61,990 nt of DNA, taken from Akkermansia muciniphila. Lineage in GTDB: Bacteria; Verrucomicrobiota; Verrucomicrobiia; Verrucomicrobiales; Akkermansiaceae. The position numbers were made by a program, and so were the translations under genes. Every line of letters begins with the position of its first letter. The first letter of the stretch is position 1. Positions 1 to 9,629 of this stretch are shown here, piece after piece. A model generated the notes under the pieces. The model did not search any database. It was not told where the DNA came from and saw only the letters and a program-made list of their open reading frames with translations. The stretch is taken from the NCBI GenBank assembly GCA_945862285.1, contig CAMAYN010000001.1:1-61990 (forward strand), written 5' to 3'.

Positions 1-2648
1 GGCAACGCGGCAACTCGATTCCATGTGCTATTTGCCGTATTCTCAGATGCAGCACCGATAAAGTTATCGGCTGTGGTGATTTGATTCCCCGATTGTGTGG
101 CGAACTGAACGTTCCAAACTGATTTCGACGTTGGAGTCGTCGTTGTAGCTGATGCTAGTCCAGAACCAGACGTCGTATTTTGTCCTGCACTGCGGTCACG
201 TGCTGTTACGGTGTAGGTGTAGGTCGTGGAGGGCGATAAGCCTGTATCAATGTACGCCGGGCTTAACTGCCAACCGCTATCTGTGCCGCCTGGGTTACCG
301 CTGGTTTCATCGAAAAAATATTCCACACCGTTAGCATCCGTAGCTGCGGTAGCGGTCATGGTGATGGTGTCCGTTCCAGTAGCCGTTGGTACGCTGGCCC
401 ATGTCATAGGATTCGGCGTAGGTGCTGTGGTATCGGGCGGGGCGGAAGCCAAGATAAGAAATCCGTTAGAATCTAGCGAGTAGTCCCCTAGCCCCGTGCC
501 GTTTACAGAAATTTTATCGAGTTGCGCATCAGTCAGCCCCGTGCCAGAGCCGAAGTTGATCGACGTGGTCGTGAAAGTTCCCGTGATATTGAGCGTTCCA
601 GGCCAAGAAATAGAACTGCTGTTGGCAAAAGTCAAAGATGCACCGGTTTGTAGGTTGATCGTAGCATTTCCGGTGATAGCAAGTGTTCCCGCCGTATCCG
701 AAAAAGTTGCCGCATCGAAAGTGCCGACACTGATTGTGAGCGCCGAGGAATTTGGTAGAACATTGTTGGCGCCTAAGGCGAGCGTTCCGCCGTGAATCGT
801 TGTTGTGCCAGTGTATGTGTTTGCACCAGAGAGAGTCCATTTTCCTGTGCCTGTTTTGGAGACGGAGGTGATATTCGTCGTGCTATTATTCACGATGGCA
901 CCCGCGATTTCTCCTGTTCCTGTTGTCGAACCAGAGAGCACCAAGGTCTTTGATCCTCCGCCTGTGGCTGTCATGTTGCTTGTGAATTTAAGTAAGCCTG
1001 TACCAGCTTGTTCTAGTGTCGAAGTGCCAGTGGTGCCTCGGAGATCGATTACGCGGTCTGAGGTGTCGCCTGTTCCAATATAGCGTAAGGTGGGATTAGC
1101 GGTTAGAGAACCGAAACCGATGGTTCCTCTGGCCGTGGTAGTCGGAGCGCCCAATGCGCTAGCTCCTGCGCCAACGTTCTTGATAGAATGAAAGGAATAG
1201 ATTCCCGTTTGCTGGGTGTTGATTATGGCATCAAAAGTGTTGTTGCCCGAGAGGATGACCCCGTTTGGTGTGCCTGCTCCTAGGAATATATTTTGCCCGG
1301 CTTGGACCCCTGAAATATTTCCGGAAATGTTGAGTCCACTCAGCCAATAATTCCCAGCGCTAGGTGTCGCGTTTGTAATGTTTCCTACTTTGAGCATGTC
1401 CGTTCCAGTGCGCACGGCGATATTAAATGCTCCTGTGGCGGCGATTTCATTGATGGTCGCATTCGCTCCTGCTGCGGTGGTGAAATCCATTGCTGCTGTG
1501 AGCGAGGTAAGTTTGGAAATGACGATGCTCGACCCTGACGCTGTAGTGAAAACAAATTGTTGTCCTGACGACTGATTATATTCCGATTCGCCTAAGCTAA
1601 GGTTGACATTTGTTGCAGAAATATTGATGCCATTTGCGCCTCCTCTCGCAGTAAATCCTCGATTTGTCGTCACAGCAGATCCAGAATAATTCAGCGTGGC
1701 CCCGATGAGTGTTAGACCCGCTTTACCAGCAGTGGCAAAATTTCCAATACTGCTGACAGTGCCGGCGTTGGCAAGGTTAGCAATGCTGAGTGTGCCACCT
1801 TGCACCGTGGTCGTGCCAGTATAGGCATTATTCGCGCCTAGGGTAAGTGTATTCGCCCCTAGTTTGGTTAGACCTCTGCTGACGGAGCCGATGGCGGAGG
1901 AGTAGGAAAAATTGCCTGCTGTGGTATCGATACCGATAGATGTTGTGCTATCGACGGAAACATTGCTCAAGTTTCCCGACATGACTCCTGAGAAGGCATT
2001 GTCAAGATCGGTGACAGTAAAGCCTGAGCCACCCATACCAAGACCAAGTGTGGTTCCTGCGCTGAATACGTGAGTGCCCGAACTAGTTTTTGCGGCAAGG
2101 TTGCGAAATACCAGTGTGCCCTCGTTTACAGATGAGCCGCCAGAATAAGTGTTTGCGCCACTGAAGGCCACCGTGCCTGTGCCAGTTTTATTGATGCCGG
2201 TTGCTCCCAAAATGGGAGAGATTATTGTTTGAATAACATTAGGATTATTCTGAGTAATGGAGCTTACGGTCAACGAGTTTGCGGCGTTACCTAGTGTGAT
2301 TGCAGACGTTTGTCCTGCACCATAAACGATAGAACTCGCGACAACACCTACTGCTGCGATACCCACAGTCCCGTTGCCATAATTAAGCGTTGCAGTGCCA
2401 AAATTTACAGTGTCGGATGAGTTTGTGATGACTGGTGAGATTGCGGTAGTTCCAGCGTTATTGGCACTCCAGAAATCGCTCGTTCCCCACGTGCCCGTCG
2501 TGCTACCAAAGCCTGCAGTTGCGCCGTTAGAATCCCACCAGTAATCGGCAGCATGCGATGGATGCGCTGCTAGGGATAAGGCAAGGAATGAAAGGCTGAT
2601 GTAGCGTGTTATTGCGGTTAGACCTTTGGATTTTACTTTCTGTAACAT
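1..2648 (-). CDS. Secreted autotransporter-associated beta-strand (PATR) repeat protein; 5-prime complete, C-terminus beyond the left window edge
   Basis: Absent from the ORF track because it runs off the edge. The minus-strand frame is open from ATG 2648..2646 to nt 1. My translation starts MLQKVKSKGLTAITRYISLSFLALSLAAHPSHA (signal peptide). It continues with many G/T/N-rich ~30-aa units such as KTGTGTVAFSGANTYSGGSSVNEGTLVF and TKLGANTLTLGANNAYTGTTTVQGGTLS, the PATR repeat signature common in Verrucomicrobia and Planctomycetes. Confidence 0.8.
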   Translation of the reverse strand, partial: MLQKVKSKGLTAITRYISLSFLALSLAAHPSHAADYWWDSNGATAGFGSTTGTWGTSDFWSANNAGTTAISPVITNSSDTVNFGTATLNYGNGTVGIAAVGVVASSIVYGAGQTSAITLGNAANSLTVSSITQNNPNVIQTIISPILGATGINKTGTGTVAFSGANTYSGGSSVNEGTLVFRNLAAKTSSGTHVFSAGTTLGLGMGGSGFTVTDLDNAFSGVMSGNLSNVSVDSTTSIGIDTTAGNFSYSSAIGSVSRGLTKLGANTLTLGANNAYTGTTTVQGGTLSIANLANAGTVSSIGNFATAGKAGLTLIGATLNYSGSAVTTNRGFTARGGANGINISATNVNLSLGESEYNQSSGQQFVFTTASGSSIVISKLTSLTAAMDFTTAAGANATINEIAATGAFNIAVRTGTDMLKVGNITNATPSAGNYWLSGLNISGNISGVQAGQNIFLGAGTPNGVILSGNNTFDAIINTQQTGIYSFHSIKNVGAGASALGAPTTTARGTIGFGSLTANPTLRYIGTGDTSDRVIDLRGTTGTSTLEQAGTGLLKFTSNMTATGGGSKTLVLSGSTTGTGEIAGAIVNNSTTNITSVSKTGTGKWTLSGANTYTGTTTIHGGTLALGANNVLPNSSALTISVGTFDAATFSDTAGTLAITGNATINLQTGASLTFANSSSISWPGTLNITGTFTTTSINFGSGTGLTDAQLDKISVNGTGLGDYSLDSNGFLILASAPPDTTAPTPNPMTWASVPTATGTDTITMTATAATDANGVEYFFDETSGNPGGTDSGWQLSPAYIDTGLSPSTTYTYTVTARDRSAGQNTTSGSGLASATTTTPTSKSVWNVQFATQSGNQITTADNFIGAASENTANSTWNRVAAL

Positions 2649-2759
2649 ATTCGAGTTCAATTGTGCTGTCGTTATCCGCAACAGAATGAAACGTTCAAAA
2701 TATTTATCAAATGATATTTTTTCTTGCAGCCTGTATAGAATTTATTCACGTTGTTCATC

Positions 2760-3827
2760 ATGAACCATGTTACGATTCGATCTGTTTCTGAGCAAATTGC
2801 CGATTATATCAAGCTAGAAATTCAGTCGGGACGATGGGCGGAATTTTTCCCTGGGAGGAATGAATTAGCGAAGCAGTTTGATCAGGCGGTGATGAGTGTA
2901 GAAATGGCACTCCAGCAATTGGAAAAAGAAGGTTGGCTCATTTCTCAAGGAGCAGGGCGCCCACGCAAGGTTTTTAACCTAGCGGAATCGAATGGTGCGC
3001 ACAGTTTACGGATTGCGATCTTAATTTATGAACGTGAAGCCTATAGCGATGGGATTTATCCACGACTATTACACCTACTTAGGGAAGACGGTCACGATGC
3101 CTTTTTTGTCAATACAACACAGATGGAGTTAGGAGGGAGCATCAGGAAACTTTCTCGCATCGTTGACAAAATCAAGGCTGATGCGTGGATTTTGTGCACT
3201 TCTACAAGAGAGTTCGCCGCATGGTTCGCGCAGTCGGGGATTCCTGTTTTTGCCTTATTTGGCCGGCGTCGCGGCTTGCCGATCGCTAGTGCTGGACCCG
3301 ATAAGTCAACGGCGATTGCGGAGGCGACGAAGAAGCTGATTTCCCTAGGTCATGAGCGAATTGTGATGCTGGTGCGGGAGGATCGGCGACAACCTCATCC
3401 CGGGTATGTCGAGCGTGCGTTTCTGCGAGAATTAGAAAGGAACGGTCTGTTAAGTAGTAAATATCATTTGCCTGATTGGAAAGATGGGAGCGAAGGCTTG
3501 CTTGGAGTTCTTCAGAAAATTTTTGCGACCACACCTCCTACGGCACTGATTGTGGATGAGCTAGCAATACTTCTCGCCACGCAGCAGTTTCTGGCCAGCA
3601 AAACGATTCTCGTGCCGCGCGATGTATCTTTGGTGAGCATGGAATATGAAAATGTTTTTGCTTGGAGTTCTCCGATGATTGCTCATGTCAAATGGGACAT
3701 AGAATTTGTGCTCAAGAGGACAAGACAGTGGGCAAGAAATGTCGCAAAAGGGAAAAAGGATTTCAAAGAAACCAATACTCTAGCGGTATTTGTGGAAGGC
3801 GGGACGATTGCTATAGCAAAACGATGA
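2760..3827 (+). CDS. Transcriptional regulator: GntR-type winged-helix N-terminus fused to a LacI/periplasmic-binding-protein-like sugar-binding domain
   Basis: ORF 2751..3827; the first ATG is at 2760 (MNHVTIRS...). The N-terminus VSEQIADYIKLEIQSGRWAEFFPGRNELAKQFDQAVMSVEMALQQLEKEGWL is GntR-like. The remainder looks like a PBP type-1 fold (AILIYE..., DAWILCTS, ERIVMLV). It is divergent from the PATR gene and convergent with GH43. Confidence 0.7.
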   Translation: MNHVTIRSVSEQIADYIKLEIQSGRWAEFFPGRNELAKQFDQAVMSVEMALQQLEKEGWLISQGAGRPRKVFNLAESNGAHSLRIAILIYEREAYSDGIYPRLLHLLREDGHDAFFVNTTQMELGGSIRKLSRIVDKIKADAWILCTSTREFAAWFAQSGIPVFALFGRRRGLPIASAGPDKSTAIAEATKKLISLGHERIVMLVREDRRQPHPGYVERAFLRELERNGLLSSKYHLPDWKDGSEGLLGVLQKIFATTPPTALIVDELAILLATQQFLASKTILVPRDVSLVSMEYENVFAWSSPMIAHVKWDIEFVLKRTRQWARNVAKGKKDFKETNTLAVFVEGGTIAIAKR

Positions 3828-3829
3828 CT

Positions 3830-4891
3830 TTACTTCCTCTGAAAAATGGATAAGTCCCACTGGTCTTGCCATTGAATGATTGCACGATTTTGATGATCAA
3901 AAGTGACAGGGAGCCAGATGTAGGGGGAATGGTAAGGATTGTTTTCACTATTTATATCGAACATGGCAATCCAAGCATCTTTTTTCCCCGGCAGAGGAAA
4001 AATATAAGTGCTTTGGCCACCGAAGGTTTTGTCTGGTCCAAGCTTGTTATGGGGATTGATTCCTTGGCAAGGGTTCGGCAGAGCTTGCCAAGGACCAGTG
4101 AGCTGATCGGCTACAAACATCCGCGCGGGGTTTGCCTTCCAGCCTGTGCTGGCTGAGCCTAGGAGGTAAAGTTGCTTGCCACGCTGAAACAAGGCTGGGG
4201 CTTCCGTGTGCTGGGTGATGCCTTGCATTTCTAGGTAATCTCCTGCGGGCCTGAGGCCATCAGCTGACATTTTTCCTGCGATGAGCTTTTTGTCTGGCTT
4301 ACGTACGCAAACGTGAAAAACATCGCTGGCTTGATCGACAAATATCGCAAAATCTCCCGTGCCGAACTTGCTATCGACACCATTGCATTTCCCTCCGAGA
4401 AAGCGGCCATGATACGTAAAAGGCCCAAGTGGAGCGGGTGCTGATGCCACACCAACGTAGGCGTAGTCTTTGCCCGATTTCCCCCCTTCTTCTTTTGGCG
4501 GATAGAGTTTGAAATACATGATCCACTTGCCCGTTCTTTGGTGATGAATGACTTTGGGCCGATCGAGAATAAACGCTTTGGCTAATTCTGGTGGAGCATC
4601 GGCGGCGAAAACAGAGATCATCAATCCCTTATTTTCCCAATTGTAGAGGTCCTTGCTCGTGTAGCAACTCACGCCCGCTTCGTTTTTGTCATTTTCGGTC
4701 TTTCCAGGGATTTTTTGAGCTCCATACCAGTAGTAGGTGTCTTCGTGTTGGATCACGCAGAAACCGTGGGCATTAATCAGTTCTCCTTTGCTGTCGTGCC
4801 ATGGCTTGCCGGGTGAAATCTTCGATACTGGTTGAGCTATACACAAAATGGACGATGCGATGACGATGATGCATGAGAGGAATCGATTCAT
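3830..4891 (-). CDS. Secreted glycoside hydrolase family 43 (GH43_24-like)
   Basis: Signal peptide MNRFLSCIIVIASSILCIAQ. Motifs INAHGFCV..DTYYWYG and TEAPALF are typical of the GH43 five-bladed propeller. Confidence 0.8.
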   Translation of the reverse strand: MNRFLSCIIVIASSILCIAQPVSKISPGKPWHDSKGELINAHGFCVIQHEDTYYWYGAQKIPGKTENDKNEAGVSCYTSKDLYNWENKGLMISVFAADAPPELAKAFILDRPKVIHHQRTGKWIMYFKLYPPKEEGGKSGKDYAYVGVASAPAPLGPFTYHGRFLGGKCNGVDSKFGTGDFAIFVDQASDVFHVCVRKPDKKLIAGKMSADGLRPAGDYLEMQGITQHTEAPALFQRGKQLYLLGSASTGWKANPARMFVADQLTGPWQALPNPCQGINPHNKLGPDKTFGGQSTYIFPLPGKKDAWIAMFDINSENNPYHSPYIWLPVTFDHQNRAIIQWQDQWDLSIFQRK

Positions 4892-4903
4892 GATGCGAGA
4901 AAG

Positions 4904-6049
4904 TTAGCGATGTGAAAAACCGAGGACAAGTTTTTCGAGGCCTTGGGCTAGCACAGTGCGGGGGCAGGCAAAGTTCCAACGAATGTAGCCTGGATGCCCG
5001 AAGAAGGTGCCGTCAGAAACAAAGAGAGCCGCATTTTTTTCCAAATGCAATGCGGGATTCGGCAGGTCTAGAGCGCGACAGTCGATCCACGTCAGGTATG
5101 TGGCTTGATTGCGATTGACGATCAAAGATGGTGCGTTTTCCGCGAGGAAGGAAAGAAGGAATTCTTGATTGGCGGCGAGGTATTGCAGCATTTCTATTCG
5201 CCACGGTTCCCCATGGAGGTAGGCGGCTTCGGCGGCGTAGTAACCAAAGGTGTTGATCTCGGCGAGGGTGTGTCCGCGCGAGGCGGTGAATTTTCGACGT
5301 AGGGAATCATCCGTGATCACCGCGTAGGCGATGCCGATGCCGGCGATGTTGTAGGTCTTGGATGGAGAAAGTAGCGTGATGATGCGATCGTGGTATCGCG
5401 CGGGAAGTGCATGCGCGCAAATGTGAGGCGTTGTCGCTTCGTCTAGAATGAGGTCGCAATGGATTTCATCAGAAATGAGAATGAGATTGTGGCGTTCGCA
5501 AAAGTCACAGAGGGCTTCGAGTTCGTTTCTGGCAAAAACACGGCCTAGAGGATTTTGCGGGTTGCTGAGAAGAAATACCCGTGTGCGTGGCGTAATCGCG
5601 GCCTCCATGGCAGGGAAATCGAAAGTCCATCGTCCGTCGATTTGTGTGTGCGGCAAACTGACGAGTTGTACATCCTCGCCGTCGTGATGAACGTTAAGAA
5701 ATGGCGGGTAGGATGGTGAGCAAGTCATCACCGCATCACCAGGTGAGCAGAAGGCGCGAACGGCAAGCGATAATGCGGGCACGAGCCCACCGAGCCAGAC
5801 GAGGTCTTTTTCGCTGACAGTGAGATTTTTTGTCCGGAGAAGGTAGCCTAGCGTGGCATCGATGAGTCCATGGTGCGCCTGGGCATAACCGTAAATGGGG
5901 TGTTGGCAGCGTTTGATGAGCGCGGTGGTGATTTCGGGCGCCGAGGCAAAGTCCATGTCCGCGACCCAGAATGGATCAAGTTCGGGACGGCGATCGTATT
6001 TAATATTTCCTGTACCGCGGCGCGGGATGATGGTATCGAAATCGTACAT
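4904..6049 (-). CDS. MalY/PatB-family PLP-dependent C-S lyase (class I/II aminotransferase fold)
   Basis: N-terminus YDFDTIIPRRGTGNIKYD...WVADMDF. Contains the SPSKTYN PLP-lysine motif. 381 aa. Confidence 0.8.
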   Translation of the reverse strand: MYDFDTIIPRRGTGNIKYDRRPELDPFWVADMDFASAPEITTALIKRCQHPIYGYAQAHHGLIDATLGYLLRTKNLTVSEKDLVWLGGLVPALSLAVRAFCSPGDAVMTCSPSYPPFLNVHHDGEDVQLVSLPHTQIDGRWTFDFPAMEAAITPRTRVFLLSNPQNPLGRVFARNELEALCDFCERHNLILISDEIHCDLILDEATTPHICAHALPARYHDRIITLLSPSKTYNIAGIGIAYAVITDDSLRRKFTASRGHTLAEINTFGYYAAEAAYLHGEPWRIEMLQYLAANQEFLLSFLAENAPSLIVNRNQATYLTWIDCRALDLPNPALHLEKNAALFVSDGTFFGHPGYIRWNFACPRTVLAQGLEKLVLGFSHR

Positions 6050-6061
6050 GTGGTGAGGTGT

Positions 6062-7543
6062 TTACACACATTCCGCGTAATCTAGCAAGCCCTGCCTGCC
6101 CCCTTCGCGTCCGAATCCCGATTCCTTGTAGCCACCAAAGGGGGAAGTGGGATCGAATTTATTATAGGTATTTGCCCAAATCACCCCTGCTTTGAGTTGT
6201 GTGGCCATACGCAAAATGCGCGATCCTTTATCCGTCCAAACTCCAGCACTGAGGCCATAGCAGGTATTGTTCGCCTTCTCGATGGCCTCTTCTGGCGTGC
6301 GGAAGGTGAGAATGCTCAGCACGGGGCCAAAAATTTCTTCACGGGCGATGCGATGGCTAAGACTCACACCAGAAAAAATGGTCGGCGGAAAATAATACCC
6401 ATTTGTGGGCAGTGAGCAGTCGGGTTGATGCATTTCCGCGCCTTCGGCAACACCAGCGGCGCAGAGTTCTTGGATTTTGGCGAGTTGCTGCGATGAATTG
6501 ATGGCACCGATGTCGGTATTTTTATCAAGAGGATCGCCGACGCGCAGTGTGCGCAGACGGTTTTTCAGTTTGGCGAGAACTTGATCGGCGATGGATTCTT
6601 GCACAAGTAATCGCGACCCAGCGCAGCAAACGTGGCCTTGATTAAAAAAGATGGCGTTAATGATCCCTTCCACAGCTTGGTCAAGGGGTGCATCTTCAAA
6701 AATGATATTCGCGGCTTTTCCCCCGAGTTCCAGAGTCAGGCGTTTGCTGCTGCCAGCTAAGGTGTGCTGGATCCATTTGCCGACAGCAGTAGAACCAGTG
6801 AAGGCGATTTTTTTCGCTAGTGGATGCTGGACAACGGCTTTTCCTGTATCACCAGGGCCGGTGACGAAGTTGACAACGCCCGGTGGCAAACCTGCTTCGA
6901 GGAGCAAGGTGGCGAATTTTATGCAGGTAATGCTCGTGGTTTCTGCGGGCTTGAGGACGACGGTATTGCCGCACGCGAGTGCGGGGGCGAGCTTCCATGC
7001 GAGCATGAGCAGCGGGAAATTCCAGGGAATGATTTGTCCGACGACACCAAGCGGTGCGAGATTTTTCCCTGGTGTGGCGTAGGCGAGTTTATCAGCCCAA
7101 CCGGCGTGGTAGAAAAAGTGCGCAGCGGCCATGGGAAGGTCAAAGTCGCGAGCTTCTTTGATGGGTTTGCCGCCATCGAGTGTTTCGGCAACGGCAAACT
7201 CACGGGCTCGATCTTGGAGTAGGCGGGCAATGCGATAGAGATATTTTCCACGCTCTGCACCGGGGAGTTTGCTCCATGCGGGGAAGGCGTTTGCTGCGGC
7301 TTGGTAGGCGGCATCGACATCCGTAGCATTGGCATGAGCAATGTCTGCCAAGTGTGATGCATCGCGGGGACTCAGGGAGGGGAAATATTTCTTGCTCCGA
7401 GGTTTGGTGAATTTTCCGCCGATGAAAAGTTCGTAGCGAGTATCGAGGTGGGGTTGAGCTGTCTCAGGTGCGGGATCGTAGTCCCATAAATTTCCGAAGA
7501 GTAATTCACGCTCGGCTGTGCGTGGTGCTTTTTTTGTTGCCAT
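6062..7543 (-). CDS. NAD(P)-dependent aldehyde dehydrogenase
   Basis: ALDH motifs FTGSTAVGK, LELGGKA and the catalytic Cys context FFNQGHVCCAGSR. 493 aa. 12-nt gap to the downstream lyase gene. Confidence 0.85.
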   Translation of the reverse strand: MATKKAPRTAERELLFGNLWDYDPAPETAQPHLDTRYELFIGGKFTKPRSKKYFPSLSPRDASHLADIAHANATDVDAAYQAAANAFPAWSKLPGAERGKYLYRIARLLQDRAREFAVAETLDGGKPIKEARDFDLPMAAAHFFYHAGWADKLAYATPGKNLAPLGVVGQIIPWNFPLLMLAWKLAPALACGNTVVLKPAETTSITCIKFATLLLEAGLPPGVVNFVTGPGDTGKAVVQHPLAKKIAFTGSTAVGKWIQHTLAGSSKRLTLELGGKAANIIFEDAPLDQAVEGIINAIFFNQGHVCCAGSRLLVQESIADQVLAKLKNRLRTLRVGDPLDKNTDIGAINSSQQLAKIQELCAAGVAEGAEMHQPDCSLPTNGYYFPPTIFSGVSLSHRIAREEIFGPVLSILTFRTPEEAIEKANNTCYGLSAGVWTDKGSRILRMATQLKAGVIWANTYNKFDPTSPFGGYKESGFGREGGRQGLLDYAECV

Positions 7544-7601
7544 GAAAAATTGCTAGCAAAATCCTAAAAGGAAACAAGATGATTGTGCGGGAATTCGATC
7601 G

Positions 7602-9629
7602 TTATGGTGCCACGGGAGTCAAGATGCCTGTTTTGGTAACGCCGTTTTCTGTCGCCACCACAAGGATCAGTCCGTTCGTAGATAGATCGATGGCTCTGAT
7701 GATTTGTAAATTGCTTCCCGCAGGTTTAGTGATCAGAGTGTTGAGATCGATGTATTTGCCATTTCTCCAGAGGGTTGGATTTTTCGGAATTTGAGCATCT
7801 GGGTCACCTTCTGTGATGGCTAGTCCTTGGGCATTTAATCGATGAGCACCCATTTTCATTGATGCGGGCTTATGCCAACGCGCCGTGCCTGTGCCGCCGA
7901 TGCGTTTTTCGAGCAAACACGCATCACCTGAGGTGATCCACAGCCGACTTGTGTCATCTTGTTTCTTGTTAATCGCCTCGCTCATTTCAGCGACTTCAAC
8001 GACTTGATTTGTCATGAAACTAAGTTCTGAAATGGCAGTGCCTTCTTTGAGCCAGATTTTTGATTGATAGCCGCCCGCATTCAGCGCTCTTCGTTCTACA
8101 CAGAGGGATCGATTTTGATCAAGAATCGCACCAGGGAAGGTCATGTTTTCATCAATTTCTTGTTCTAAATCCCGTACCGTTGTCATGCTGTAGGTATTGC
8201 CTGAACTGGCATAGTTCATCCAAATATTAAATCCTACGGGAGCGTGAGAGCAGAGAGCATTAATGGTGCCATCGTTGGCAATGCCGCCAAAGGTTTTTCG
8301 CGGTTCGAGAGCATTTTGGTAATAATTGTTATGTACAACTGAGCTGATTTCCCCTGCTGGAAATGGATATTGTGGGAAAAAATAATTAGGCGGGGCATAT
8401 TGCGTTTTGCTTGTGCCGCTGCGTTTCCAGACCATGCCAGGAATAAAGGGGTCGATCCTGCCGTAATTATCGCCCTTGCTGAGTCCAAAAATGACACCGT
8501 TGTCGTTGATGTCGATGAACTCAATCACAGGCTCGATTAGATCAAATTGTGTTTGATTTGCAGCTACATTAACCGTCTTGCCATTATAGCTCCAACTCAT
8601 CTCCCATTCGTTTGTGCCAATATTGATGTTTTGCTGACCACTGAGTTCCAAAGTGACCCATGTTTGCGATGCACTATCCCACAGGTTTTTTTGGTCGTTA
8701 ATCTGCATGCCGGTCAACCTGCCATCGCGGAAGAGAATTTGACCATCTTGGTTAATCGCAATCGGTTTATGCAAGGGTGAAATTTCGGTCACATGGGCTT
8801 GCCAAGTGTAGGTGAGAGCAGGGGTTTTTAGCCAATTGATTTCAGCGTCTGTCGGCACAGCATCTTGGCTATCGAGGAGAGTGTCGCCGTCGGTATCGGG
8901 GTTTTTCGGATCGGTGTTATCTTTCAGCTCTTGGAGGTTTAAGCTGCCATCGTTATCTGGATCGATGTCTAAAAGAATTCCAGAGATGCCATTCTGAACA
9001 AGTTCAGTAGTATGGTATTCAGCGAGATTTTGATCAGGAATATCAAGGAAAGATCTCGATTGATTTGGATCCAGCCTAAGGATCAGTTCATCAGCGTTAC
9101 TTAACCCATCTTCATCGGTGTCTTGGTCGAGAACTTTTACGCGCCAAAATAGACGTGGAGCAGCAGAATCGGTAGCGGTATTGGTGGTTTGTATGCCCAT
9201 GCATAACTGCTGATCGTTCGTGCCAGCCGCCATTAATGGTCCGACGTTTGCCCAAAACTTCATATCGGAACTTGTTTGGACTCGATAGACTTTACCCACA
9301 ATCACGGGCCATGCCAATTCGAAGCTGTTTTGTTGGAGCGCAGGCGTGATTTTCACTGCGGTTTTGCCAGTGACTCCAGATGCAGAGAACGGGTTCGTTC
9401 CTGCGAGACATTCTTGGGCATTTGTCCAGCCGTCTTGATCAGGATCGGCAGTAGGGGAATGAGTGGCGTTTGCATCGGAAAATAACACGAGGTTATTATA
9501 TTTCAGTTCCCATGCGTCGCTCAGAGTATTGTTGTTGCGGTCAACCATGCCTGCACTTGGTAGCACGCAGGAAAAAAGGAAGCCACTGATCGATACTCGT
9601 TGCAGAATCTTTTTGGAAGAGAAATTCAT
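7602..9629 (-). CDS. Secreted modular protein (675 aa): ~165-aa N-module shared with 42992..45658 (Asp-rich thrombospondin-type-3-like motif plus a small beta-rich unit), then a unique C-terminal region
   Basis: N-terminal hydrophobic leader. Contains ADPDQDGWTNAQECLAGTNPF and ELAWPVIVGKVYRVQTSSDMKFW...RLFWRVKV, plus further DxDxDG motifs (DPDNDGSLN, NPDTDGDTL). The C-terminus has recurring I-N-D-N-G / ANDGTI / STNGLI motifs reminiscent of HAF-type extracellular repeats (low certainty). The ATG overlaps the upstream stop in an ATGA at 9626..9629. Confidence 0.7.
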   Translation of the reverse strand: MNFSSKKILQRVSISGFLFSCVLPSAGMVDRNNNTLSDAWELKYNNLVLFSDANATHSPTADPDQDGWTNAQECLAGTNPFSASGVTGKTAVKITPALQQNSFELAWPVIVGKVYRVQTSSDMKFWANVGPLMAAGTNDQQLCMGIQTTNTATDSAAPRLFWRVKVLDQDTDEDGLSNADELILRLDPNQSRSFLDIPDQNLAEYHTTELVQNGISGILLDIDPDNDGSLNLQELKDNTDPKNPDTDGDTLLDSQDAVPTDAEINWLKTPALTYTWQAHVTEISPLHKPIAINQDGQILFRDGRLTGMQINDQKNLWDSASQTWVTLELSGQQNINIGTNEWEMSWSYNGKTVNVAANQTQFDLIEPVIEFIDINDNGVIFGLSKGDNYGRIDPFIPGMVWKRSGTSKTQYAPPNYFFPQYPFPAGEISSVVHNNYYQNALEPRKTFGGIANDGTINALCSHAPVGFNIWMNYASSGNTYSMTTVRDLEQEIDENMTFPGAILDQNRSLCVERRALNAGGYQSKIWLKEGTAISELSFMTNQVVEVAEMSEAINKKQDDTSRLWITSGDACLLEKRIGGTGTARWHKPASMKMGAHRLNAQGLAITEGDPDAQIPKNPTLWRNGKYIDLNTLITKPAGSNLQIIRAIDLSTNGLILVVATENGVTKTGILTPVAP